Part shown: positions 13,680 to 43,720 of the stretch, piece by piece
How the letters are laid out: every line of letters begins with the position of its first letter
Position numbering within the stretch: the first letter of the stretch is position 1
Assembly: GCA_002633005.1 (NCBI GenBank)
Contig: NMRA01000223.1
Location: 593,689 to 657,688 of the forward strand
Origin: Phoronis australis
Taxonomy: Eukaryota; Animalia; Phoronida
Direction: 5' to 3'
Length of the DNA: 64,000 nucleotides
The notes under the pieces: model-generated
The model's input: the letters and a program-made list of their open reading frames with translations, nothing else
Database searches by the model: none
What the model was told of the DNA's origin: nothing
Program-made: the position numbers and the translations under genes

Positions 13680-14486
13680 AGTGAGCGATACACACCAGCT
13701 GTGTCATTTTTGCTAATCGGCGTGGTAACATAACCACGTAGATGAAATCGTCTTAAAAATTTAAACGCTTAATCTTTACCTTATTCCTAGTTTAGTTTCA
13801 CGTATGAACATATCCTAATAGATTGCACTACTAGACTCTTAAGCCGTGAACAGTTTGCAGGTAGCGCTTAAAAAGCATCTGTGCTGTCGTGAAACTTAGC
13901 GACATCTATTGTACATTTAACTGACCTTATCTCCTATCTTGGTATTAATCAAAGTGCATTTCTACAGGGATGAATTCCAAAAACAATAATAGAAAACATA
14001 GTTCACCTTAACGAATCAAATAAAACCGCGTGTTTGTGCATGAAAGTATTTTTGTATGCTGACGTTTGTCTAAGGATAATTAAGCGCGAGTAAAATACAT
14101 AAATGATATGCGGGTACACATTTGTACCATGAGATACCGTCTAATGGTGAAAGTTATGATCGTGCAAATGTATAAACGGCCTGTTACTCAATGCAAGGGC
14201 AATCGTGGATAAAATGAAGTGACGATGGAACTGTACTGTTGGCATTCAAATAAATGCAAACTGGTGTCAAAGGATAGCTATCGCATACTGCTGCCAATTT
14301 GTTTGCTGTTTGATAAAAGTCATTCAGTTTTCTGATTCGGGATATTCTAAATAACTATTAAATAGACTGTTTCGACCAACGCTTATCATCGCTAAGTAAC
14401 AAGGGCAATTTACTGCTAAAAGCTTCCAATTGCTACCAAAACAGCGTCAGAGGCGTCAGGGATTGGTAACGGACGGGGTGCGAAAC

Positions 14487-17411
14487 ATGGGAACACCGGG
14501 AACGTTTAACTTGAAGGACGTTCGAACAACGCTGATGGTTGACCGTCTCGTGCTCATGGGGCTGATCATTCTGGCACTCATCTTTGGTGTGCTCGGGATT
14601 GTTTTGATTTACTTCTGTAAGTGTCAATCATTTGTGACGCCTATGTATTTCTAGACGACAGAACGTGCATTCTCTTTAAATTCAATTCTTGGTTTTGCTT
14701 TTGTGGGCTATATCTTTACATTTTAAGATAATAATTAATCGATTTCTATTCTCGAAATTGTTGTGTTCAGTAATGTCATGCACACATACCCGAAATGAGT
14801 TCCGAGAATCGGGGTCTACAGGTATAAGACAATATCAGGTATTTCTTTATTAGTTAGCCAGGAAATTTTGAGAAAAAACGAAAACGAGGTTACATGTTGA
14901 AAAGGTTCTACTGACCATTGCCCCATTTTGAAAAATTGTGACTACATAATGAATGATAAAAGTTCGCGATAAATGTTTTTACACAATTGACCTTATTCCA
15001 CTAGTCTGTCATTAAGAGAACGACCATTCATGCAAAATAGTAGATGAAGAGCACCAATTGTAATAAAAAAGTTGAGCAATTTCTCCTAAGAAATAGCGTT
15101 GGTGACTTGTTTTTCAGTTACTCCCATATCCTGTCACGTGAGGTACTCGGACAACTTTGTTGCGGATACAAGAAACCTCACTGTATCTTTATCGGACGTG
15201 ACGTCATACTGCTGGACCAAGCTTCGACCATATTACAACTACACTGAGCCTCGCCAGTTCGTTAATGGTTCCTATAACAGAAACAATTTAACTCTACCAC
15301 TGTTTTACTATAAGAACGTCACGTTGCCGCGTGATGGAAAGCAACTTCCGCACAAAATCTTCCCAATTTTACTCGTTTGTCAGGCATTCTCCTTCGCATT
15401 ACCATTCCTCATTTGGCACATGTTATTAGCAAAGAAGTTAAAACATGATATACATGCAACTTTTACGTTCATGGACAACTTAACCACTCTGTGCCAAAAA
15501 CAAGATCAGGGAAGCCAAAAGGTAAACGACGACACCTTGCGGAGGGAAGCCGAAAATTACCTCGAATACATCGTGGATCTATTTGACTTTAGAACGCGTA
15601 AATATTTTGTATGGTACGTTGTCAAATGTGTCATTTATTTACTATGGATAATTGCGTGGATGATTGGGTACACGTTTCTTGTTGAGAACAACTTCCCAGA
15701 CATTTTTCAGCAACAGTTTACTTGTCTATATGACACGTCTACAGAAAGTTTAATGACATTAGCTCGCTGCTCAATTGAGTATTCAATTGTTTTGTTGGTG
15801 TTCTGGTCCTTGACCATTGTAGTATTAATGTTGGTGTTTATTGCAGTGGCTTTTCATTTATTCTACGACTTCTGTATGCCCAAGTATTACGAGCACACCT
15901 TTTTCTATCGGAACGTTCCCGTTGCCAATGACTACCGGGTGGCCCAGCAAATGAACTCACTGTTTCCTCAACGTTTCTTTCACTTCATGTCCATGTTTTG
16001 TGAGGCAAATGAAGATCTTTGTGCAAATCCGGGAATAACAAAATCAATGTGTCGCAAATATGAATTGCTTTATGACGAAAGTTCAGATTCGTACTATCGT
16101 CGGAGTAATGTCAAAGGTGTTATTTTGGGTTCTGATCAAATCGATCAGATGGAGACATCTAAACAAGCGTCGACCGAAAACGGCAATTCGTGCATTGGGG
16201 GAAGTAAACGTGCGGATCCCACGACAGAAAATGAAAGAGTTCATTCAATAAGTAAAGCAGACGTAGAAATGGCTACTTACAGAAAAATAAGGAAAGGGCA
16301 ACGCACCGAAAAAGACATGGATCGACGCGAAGCTGACGAACGTGGAAGAACCGGAACTGGTTGTTCTTCTGGTTATCACACGGATGTTTATAGTAAACCC
16401 GAGAATGACGCGTTAGACAGGGGTTTAAACAGAAGAAAGGACAGCTTAAATAAAAATAAGTTTGACAAACCAACAACAAAACAGCACGGAAATGTCTCAA
16501 AAAGAAACAAATCAAAAGCCCCTAAACCGTACTCAAAGGTTGGACAACCAGCACGTATTTATCCCAATGACGGTTACTACGAAACAGTACCTGTAGGACG
16601 TTCCAAACGAGATCGTCTGCCTCCGATAAACAATAAAAATGGCCGATCGCTTGTTGCACCAGAAGTGAAAAATGGAAAACCTATTTACGATCACAGTGGC
16701 ATCAACGCGATACTCCTTGGGTCGTCACCAGACGGCGATGTACAACTTCCTGTTGTGTACATTTCCGACCTGTCAGACAACGAGTCTGGACGTCGTGCAA
16801 GCGACAATAGACGTCGTGTACCTACCATAGTCGTGCAACGTCCCAGCAGAGGGAGTCAGAGGGACCGCAGAGACGATCCAACTATCACAGACCCCAATTT
16901 GACAAATGATGATAAAACTAGTGCAGGAGAGCAAGAGATAGGCGTGGACTCGGATGAAATCTCCAACGAAAGCGATTTTGTTACACCAAGGACACAGTTT
17001 AACGAAACAGGTGACCGGAATAATGAGCCGAACACGTACGAAAACAGTTTTATTCCTGGACATAGAAGCGGGAAAACGCCGACAATAACGGATACAAAAG
17101 GACCTAACGAAGAAGAACCAGGTGTACTACCGTCAAATCAAGTTGGTCATCGTTTGTCACCTGTCATTTATGAGGAACCGTTCTCTGCTGGCAACTCGCC
17201 ATATCCATTAAAACAACGTCCCAGAATACATCATCGGTCTAAGCAGCTCTTCGATGGTTATGACACTGGTGAAGATGACGCCGTTTTTTCCGATTCCGAT
17301 GCAGAGGGTTATCCAAAGTTCAGACGCTGTTCAAAGCACGAGGGAGAAAATTATTTGAGAAACTTTGAAAAACCCAAGAAAACGTCATCGGTCAAAGTGT
17401 GGAGGCCATGA
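14487..17411 (+). CDS. PANX: Pannexin-type large-pore channel (innexin/pannexin superfamily), ~807 aa, 2 coding exons
   Basis: Exon 1 14487-14616 (ATG; donor T|GTAAGT, phase 1) joins exon 2 15118-17411 (acceptor TTTTCAG) in frame, 2424 nt in total. Four TM segments; LKDVRTTLMVDRLV resembles Panx1 FKGLRLELAVDKMV; ECL1 TPISC...SYCW; HKIFP..LP..IW resembles Panx HKFFP..LP..FW; ECL2 FTC...RC. AATAAA at 17568. Confidence 0.85.
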
Positions 17412-17567
17412 TATCTACAACATGGCTGTCACAATAGAAGACAATTTTCTATTGATGAATGAGTTTATTGTTTCACTGATTATTGAAATTGTTATGGTAA
17501 TGATTATAAAACTTGATGGCCTTGCAACAATATGCAGTAAAATGAGAATGTTGCCTATTCTATTTGC

Positions 17568-17580
17568 AATAAATTTTATT
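17568..17580. terminator. Back-to-back poly(A) signals (AATAAA-T-TTTATT) between convergent genes
   Basis: AATAAA on + at 17568-17573 and AATAAA on - at 17575-17580, lying between the pannexin stop (17411) and the GH31 stop (17603). Confidence 0.6.
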
Positions 17581-17602
17581 TTGATATAGAAACCTCAATA
17601 TT

Positions 17603-35409
<17,807 letters not shown>

Positions 35410-38400
35410 ATTCGTGTAGCAACAGGTTGTTGTGGAAGTAACGATATCAGTGAACAGCTAGGAATGTTTACACAATAGATATATCATTTCATGTTGCACT
35501 TGATCATTAATACGCCATCAGGATTGTCTAGGTCGTCGACCAGAGTAAGACTACATGTACAAGGTCATTTTCTGGATCCGGGCCTCGTTCTATACAGTGG
35601 TCTAAGAAATTTACCTGTAAGAATAATGGAAGGTAAAAAATAAATTCGTATGTATTGAGAGTGTTCAGGGTCAAACAACACCTCTCCAGTCCTATTTATC
35701 ATTAACATTCTATTCTTCAAACGTTCCAGTAGCATTTTAGATCATAGAAAGTATCATTCATTCAGGTGGAGCAACTGATGCGCAAACTTTTTTACAAAAC
35801 ACTCCAAATTTTGAAACCTCGCGATAATATTTCTTTGGAGTCACCTTGCCCTTTTTGATCATAGTCTCGAACCCATAATTCATCAATAGAGCCTGGAGTA
35901 GATCTCGAAAACGAGGCCATTTAGTCATATTTGTTACCGCACCTACATGTAGCAACAATCTAAATTGTATCATTATTTCAACATTTCAATTAGTTTCTTT
36001 TCTCTCATATGGTGTTTTCTAAAACACAAGTTTGTTCATTTGATATTCAATACATGGTGTTCTTTTTATATAACCTTTACGAGATACAGGTGTAGAAAAT
36101 AAAGTACACATTAGTACTGTAACCAACGGGTGTACCTCGATTGGTCTGAGCAGTGGTCATGGTGAACCACAGCATTTTACATGTACTTAACGCATATCAT
36201 TTGAGTTATGGCGTGCTTTTTTGTTCGACTGATTTAAAACTACGTAACGTTCCTTACCTTGATAGTATTCCATTTCCGTTACCGTGTTAACTCATAGACA
36301 ATACGTACACGCGCCATTTTTAATTTCCAATTTTAGTGTTGAGTCACTGATGGTTTCAATGTTTTATCTGGTAAAGGAAACAAAATCTTATAGCGAAGCT
36401 ACGAGATTATGAGATTTAAAGCCGTACAGCTGTAATTCTAATTTTGTTTCTAGGTAGCGCAGAGGAAACTCGAGTTTGAATTAACCGGTTGACCTCATAC
36501 TGATTGACCAATCAAGGACCTAATGTCAAAGATCTTACATGTATACGTTACAATGTACGTCGCCTCGAACAGAGTGAAGCTGCAACTGTCAGCGCCACTA
36601 CACCAGAGTAATTTCTGAAGTTCGGCGTCACCTTTAGGCATGTCTGTATTCAACTTCCGACCACAGCAATTACAATGAGGCTTTGACCAAACACCAGACG
36701 GGAGAAGCGCACACAATGAGCTCCAATAGGAGACTTTTCATTGGTGCTCTGTGAAGTAATGAGAGCACGAAAGGGACTTCCGCTTGATTCCGACTCAGAT
36801 TCATGGTGGATAGAAATTTAATTACTACGCTGTGTATAATGATTTACCGTGCAGGTGGCCTGATGTCATTTGCGGTGCATCAGACGAGCGCAGACCTCAT
36901 GTTTGGGCCCATTGTACAAAACTCCTGAGCTAAAGCACGAGAAAACCATTATGGTTCTTCGTGAAGGAAGTGTTCAAGTCTGCCAGTCTCCTTTAAGAAA
37001 ACAGACAGACGTTAATATAAAAGCAGTGGAATAAGTTCCACTGTCAGACCCTCCCATTGTTTGATTAGTTTAAGTTGACTAATTTGTTTACTTATTTGAC
37101 ACCGGGCTGGGATCGAAATTGTACAGCTGTAAATTAATACATGCTATTAGGGACGGAATCTACTTCACAGTACGAAATTTATGGGACAGTAGTAGAAATT
37201 TGCAGGCGTTAAAGGTGTAAAAACGTTGTTTATACCAACAGGTTGAAATCTCGTGTCCGCGTTACATTGGATCTGTAGGTGGCGCTGAATGCTTGTCCCT
37301 CGAAGACCTGATCGCCGTCTGGCGGTATAGTGAATTTCAATATGGCGCGGTTATTTTGACATTAAGGTATTGGGCTTCAGCAGGTGCGCATAAATTGGTG
37401 TTCAGACATAAACGTTTCCCATCGCCAGCGACAAGTAAAACACCAATCATTTTGGGACCCCGGCGTCTTTCACGTACACCGTAAGTAATACAGAAGGAAC
37501 ATCTCTTTTATCACAACTAGCTTCAACAATACATGTGTAGCGGGGGGCAGAAATCTTTTCGGACTAATATTCATTAGGTCACGTGATGTGACTAAAAAGA
37601 TGGCGTGCTGAAGGAATGAATTGTTCACAACACTGAAACACGCCTCACTGAAAAAGATATATTTATAAATGTATGTGTGAATTCAACAATTCTTCGTTCC
37701 CCCATGTCGTTTCGTTATATTACATTTCATAGACAAAAAGACGTTGTTCGGTTATTGTTTTTTTCCGGGTTTATCTGAAGTTAGCCCATCAAGTTAGCGT
37801 CAATTGAACCCTCTCTCCCTTTCCCTCCTCCCCTCTTCCTGACTCTGTCTTCATTCCCATACCTTCCTTCTAATCTTGCCCTGCCTTGCACAAACAACAT
37901 TGGATTTATACCACATACTGTTGTGACATAGTCTCAAAGTGTTCCTTGGTGAAACTGGAGATCAGGCTCTCTAAGTCGATTTGACACGGCGTGTCATTGT
38001 ATGTACGAGCCATGGTGTCAAAGAATAAGGAACTGACAGTTCTTTGGAAATCCCCCAATCACTTCTCATCCGAGTATAAGAAACAAGTTAGGCCATTTTA
38101 CATGTATTTAGTCGCTTTTGGTGATCTTAGACAAAAGTTCGCTAATAGATGGAACCTGGTTTTATAACCGTTTTAATATAAATAAACGGTCACGTGATTA
38201 CCAATAAAGTTTAGGTGTAAAGATTTTAATAGGTGTTCCATAACATTTTATTTTACTTCAATTTTTATAATTAACATGTACTTGAAAAGCGCCAATTTTA
38301 ATGTGTAAGTTATCAAAGCCGTACTTCCTGCGCATGTTGAATCCTGTTATATGTAGTTCCGAGTTGCCAATTAAAACGGGGATGGTACCAGTGCACTGTC

Positions 38401-38800
38401 CTCTTTCTTTCTAAAGAAAAAAGGCTCAGAGCTTTCACAGCTCCTACATGTGCATGGCATTTAAGGGGTGATTTTAACTCGCACGTTTTTATCGCTGGAA
38501 TCGAATGGACCTAAAATGCAATATCTATTTCACAAGCGCCTTAAGTTTGCTTTTTGATTAATTTCCTCCGCTGTTGTTATCGTACAAGTGAAGCATGTGC
38601 ACTCGATTTCACATACCCAGATAGCAAATAATATAGATATATTTAACCAGTCCTTGATTGTTTGGATAGCCGATTAAAGTAATCGACTCAGCGAGTTAGT
38701 CTGATTAACGTGGACTTGTGTCTCGCGAATGGGGACTCTTTCAAGTAGAACACAAGCATATAATATTACTGAGAGTGAGCATTGGTCAAAAGCCTTTGCA

Positions 38801-38953
38801 CAGGGTCGGATCCTGGATTTTATAAGGGGGCCGGATCACGGATTTTTAAAAAGGGGGTCCAGGTCAACAAAATTGAAAACTTTAGATTTTATATCACTAA
38901 AATCAAGAGAAAAAGGGGCCCTGGATCCCCTTGACCCCTTGGAACCGCCTATG
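38801..38953. mobile_element. Short hAT-type MITE remnant; related remnant at ~57201-57361
   Basis: CAGGGTCGGATCC-polyG...CCCCTTGGAACCGCCTATG. The second remnant reads TAGGGGGGATCCAGG-polyG...CTAAATCCGCCACTG. Confidence 0.45.
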
Positions 38954-39504
38954 TTACAGCTCTGAAGTGAGTGTCTTTCGCGTTTGGGACAGCAGTACGC
39001 ATTGTACCGGGCACGTTTAGTACCTTGTGCCCCATTGCATGAAAAAATCCCAAGAGGGACTCAACAATAGTCTCCAATTGGTCACCGTATGTGAACTTTG
39101 GGAACTCACAGATGTTATACATGTAGTTGTCTAACAGTTTATATTCATTGTGAGCTCTTCCTTTTAAATTACATTTTCTAATGGTACAAAGTGTGAAAAC
39201 CCAGCCAATATTTCTGAGAAAATAAGTAAGGAGTAGGTACTCTTTAAATTAAGGACGTTGAGTGGAAAGGTTCCCGTTTATTTCAACAGTGTTACGAATT
39301 AAAAATAGAATTTTTTCTTGATGTGTATAGAAGCTAAAACTTAACAATAAAGACAAACTAGCAGAAAAAATGTAGTGTTACAGAAAGTCCACAAACGCGA
39401 TGAAGCTTTAGGGAACATAGTTGAGTCCCTAGTAGGACAGTTACATGCAGCCGAGCACTAGCGTCTTTTCAACGGTAAAAAACAAGTTGCAGCGTCTTGG
39501 TTAA

Positions 39505-40116
39505 TAGTCAGGTTCACTATGTCTAAATTTTGACATTCGTTGAATTTTTTGGGGGAAAGTGGAAACTATACATTTTTGTAAACCTCATGGAACGACAAAT
39601 CAGAAAATAGTTGATTCCATTTTTGGCGGCCATCTTGGATTTTCAAAAATGGTGCCGGTAAAATGGATTTTGCCCAATATCTCCGCTTATGGGTCACTTA
39701 GAATGTTGGTTTTATGGCTACACCTGCATTTCTGTGGTCAAGGAATTGGAAATTTCAATTTTTGGGGGCCATCTCGGATTTTTAAAAATGGTGCCCGGAA
39801 AATACATTTTCCTCAGTATCTTTGCTCATGGGTCACTTAGAATAAAATCAAAATTTCCTATTCATTGACCTCAGAACTGCATGTGTAGCCATAAAAAACT
39901 AACATTCTCAGTGACCCAAGGGCGGATATATTGGGCAAAATCCATTTTACCGGCGCCTTTTTTGAAAATCGAAGATGGCCGCCAAGATGGCCACCGAAAA
40001 AATGGACTCAATTATTTTCTGATTCGTCATTCCATGAGGTTTCCAAAAATTATAGTTTCCACTTTCCCCAAAAAATTCCAACGACTGTCAAAATTTGGAC
40101 ATAGTGAACCTGACTA
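39505..40116. mobile_element. Non-autonomous foldback DNA transposon, Academ-like (TAG...CTA ends, ~250-bp TIRs, 3-bp TSD TAA)
   Basis: TAGTCAGGTTCACTATGTCTAAATTTTGACA... is the inverse of ...TGTCAAAATTTGGACATAGTGAACCTGACTA. Complementarity extends over ~39505-39756 vs ~39851-40116; TAA at 39502-39504 and 40117-40119. Confidence 0.85.
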
Positions 40117-40737
40117 TAAGTGCTTATGTGGATGACGAGACATCTGACCCCCTATAGCTCACGCAATGATATGATCAAGCTAAATTTAGCTAAAAACGTT
40201 GTTACTAAATCAGCGAAACGATTTTCATAGCTTCCCAGTTCTTTTAGGCCATCCTGTGAAATTACTTACTTGCTGATTGTCAACCACCTGGCTAAACAGC
40301 CATGAATTCTGGAACAAATGAGAATAAAGGATTCATCATTCATTCGCTTACGTTATTGTTTACAACTGCCAAGACAATTTTGCAAATTAAAATAGATTTG
40401 AGCAGTTTTAAGAAGTTCAAAATTCAACAGATTTTAACTCAAAGTGATACTTGAACACAACAACTGGCAACAAAGGAAAATTTCACCTTCTTTCCCGGTA
40501 TAAACACGCATTATAGTAAAAGGTCGACCGTCTGATTTTCACACGGCGAAACATTTCAAGGTAACAATTATCTGTTTGATGTTAAGAAACGATGACGCCG
40601 AATAAAGTCATATCCTCGAGGAAAACATGACACCTATTTGCACCAGTCACCCGACAATGTGATGGGTAGCTTTGGCGAAACATAAATGAAGGCGACAGTC
40701 ACGATTTAAGTGCGTTTAATTAGACGGCTTGGATTAA

Positions 40738-41339
40738 AGGTGTCCTTGCCATGATGTTTCTTTATTTTCAATGCTATAGTGAACAACAGGGCACTGTCTA
40801 CCAGTCAAAAAATCGCCTCGAAAATCATAAATCAAGAATTTGACTTGTTTATTCAGAAGCATACTGATGACGGTATTCGACTTATTTCTATACATGTACA
40901 TCTCGGTTTTAAGTACATGTGCAGGTAGTGAATGGCAAAAGTGTCGTTAAACCATAATTCTTTGAGGAAGTACATGTATAATGCCGCACCGTTATCACAT
41001 TACTCATGGATATTACCGGACTCCGTACGCGCGACTTTGCGAAGAATGTAGTCGAAGGCACATCTCGGTACGCAGCAACAGTGTGGCATTTTGACTAACT
41101 CGTAAACAAAAGCAAACGACGACCGAACTTATCACAACCGAGAGAGCACAATGACTGACTCGGCATCTCTCACAGTCAGACTATATGAAAAAAATCTGGT
41201 GGGGAAATTATTGCCTCCCAAAACGTCACGAATAATTAATTGAATTACGAAAAGCTGTAATTAACTGAAAAATAAGTCTGAGATAATCAAAGAACCTTAT
41301 TTTTGCTAAAAATGACATGAAAAAATGTTGCCTTTGCCT
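40738..41339 (-). mobile_element. Internally deleted Kolobok-like element, same family as 61671-62337
   Basis: ~41067-41339 aligns by eye with ~62050-62337. Ends GTTGCCTTTGCCT|TTAA; minus-strand THAP start MPHCCCVPRC. The left boundary (TTAA|AGG at 40738) is tentative. Confidence 0.65.
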
Positions 41340-43369
41340 TTAAGTTTAGGAATGCATTCATTACGTGCATTGTACTAACATTCACGGGAGATGTCGTTCA
41401 GACACCGCTTTCTCAGTATATTATAACGCCGCAAGGTAAAGACAATTAGCAACAAAAAATCTATTGCGCTTCAAAAAGAGAGCTTACCTGTTCGTGACGT
41501 GAGCATATATTTTGCGGTACATAAAAGTTGGTGAAAATAAATTATATATTGCCTTAAGCCGAAGCTTTTTCTTGTACAGTCACCGAAATCTAGTAAGCAT
41601 GCCAGAAAACGTGATATTTTTTCACTAACGTAACGCAATTATGCTTCGAATAGAAGTCAGTCACGATTTTGTTTACGAGAGATTACTTTCAGCATATCAG
41701 GGCCTCATGTTGACGTGGAATGTGGCAGAGGCTGGTGTAGAAAACATCCTCCTCCCAGATATTACCAATAGGTGGAACACATAGGTTGTGAAGTTAATTA
41801 GGAGTTTCAACTGAAACATAAACGCGTGCGCATTGTTGGGCGGCCTTTTAAAAAGGTCTACTCCAGTAGATACGATTAATGAGGGAATTAGTCATAAAAG
41901 GTTTTTGATTTCGTCATAGATGACACACTGTACCGAACTATCAATAGTTGGATGCAAATACATTGTAATTAGATTTCAGCAAAATGTTCGCCCAGGAATT
42001 CTTAATGTTAACAATGGAGCTGACAAAACTGATATTGCATGTGGATAGCATCCCCAGCAGACGTTATCACACATCAAGTGCTCAGCATCATTCGACTCTT
42101 GCTCTCCGACCCTGCCCTACGCATAAACCTCGCAAGAGTAATTCTGGATAATTTAAGAACAAATTTAGAAGGGACAATTCACTTGGAAACTCCGTTCTTA
42201 AACTGTTGTATCTAGTGCAAACGAAAATAAAGTACATTTCGTTACATACTTTACACAATATTTGATTGAATGGAGTTCCCAAAAACCTCTCTAATCCTAC
42301 CTCTGTATATTTTTAAGCAATAAACTTCAGTTATTTCGTTGCATAATATCGGGGCTACCATTATACTAGTTTGGTAGTCACGAAAAAATTGGAAAACCTA
42401 CAATATTTATAATTAGTTAAATACATATAAACCGCTGACTTCTACGTGCATGTTGTCATTTCTAGATATCAATGAAATAAGTCATGAATTTTATTTACAT
42501 CTACATGTATATTCCACAAGAAGAAACCCTCGTATTATTATGGTGATCATTCATTTCGTTGTCAAACCTTTTGGGCTACTGTTGCGGCATCTGACCCCAA
42601 ACGATAGACAAATAATGCGACAATAAATGTATGAGAAACTGGCGATTAAACTTGAAAAATCATGAAAGTAATCCCGTGTTCAATGAGCCTAGTTGGAAAG
42701 AAGGGTTGTTGCCAACTTAGATGAATACATTTGTTAACATGTCAAAGTTATAATGACAAGATTTCAAAGTGATATAATATCAATAATCACAACCTGACCT
42801 ATACCTCGTTCACAAATGACCCGTGAAAACGCCAGTAATGGATACTGTTGCCCATGTTATGTTACCATTGGTTTCTGGATCGCCAATGCTCCTCTTTTAC
42901 GAATGTAAAGTCAGACTCACAAACAGCGTTTTCTTCGAGAAATTTCCGTCAGCGTAATCAGGCCAGCGTTATTTCGCAATTTAAAATTCATTTCTTTGAG
43001 CAATAATCCTTAAAACTGTTTATGTTAAGCTAAAATTATTTCAAGATATGATGGTACAAAACCATTCTATCTGTGACAACTGTGAACATTTATTGAATGG
43101 TCTCATTTTTTAAAGGTGTAATAAACTACTTGAAGCACTAAGTTGGACGTGTCCGGCTAGTGAATTTACATGTATGCGCTTATCATGAAATCTAGCGCAA
43201 ACGAGTTGTCGGTTCTTCTCAAACACATACATGTACAGTGTACATCCTTCTAATGTGATTTAGGAACAATTCTGAAAAGTTTAATCAGAGAAGTAAAAAT
43301 TTAATTTATTGACAAAAGATCGGTTCGTAGCACTGTCACAGTTATATGGGACTCTTGAACATGTTCTAA

Positions 43370-43720
43370 TTTTGCTAAATCCGAAACATCGTATCTCAGA
43401 AATAGCGTAACGGATTCAAACGAAATTTTAAGATACTATACGCATTATGCGCTGTAGTCAAAAACGCGGTAAGAGTTGCTTTTTGAAATGTTCCATTTCG
43501 GCATGAGTGGCTATCGAAAGTGGGACAGTGTCATGAAAAAACCGTTACGTTGTACAAAACGAAAATGAAATGATATTCTAAAAGCTTGTAACGGTGTTTT
43601 TGACATTTCATCTTGGACATTTATATTAAATGAAATGTCGTCATCATCTTGCACCGCTACCAATGTACGTTTCTTTGTACAAAGTTTTGTTAAAAAGACA
43701 TGGTCACTTGACTTAATTAG
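43370..43720. repeat. Dispersed repeat related to ~60665-61190
   Basis: GCTAAATCCGAAACATCGTATCTCAGAAAT..GAAATTTTAAG vs GCTAAATTCAGAACATCATATCTCAGAAAT..GAAACTTTCAGG; both also share TTGCTTTT.AAATGTTCCA and later blocks. Confidence 0.6.
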
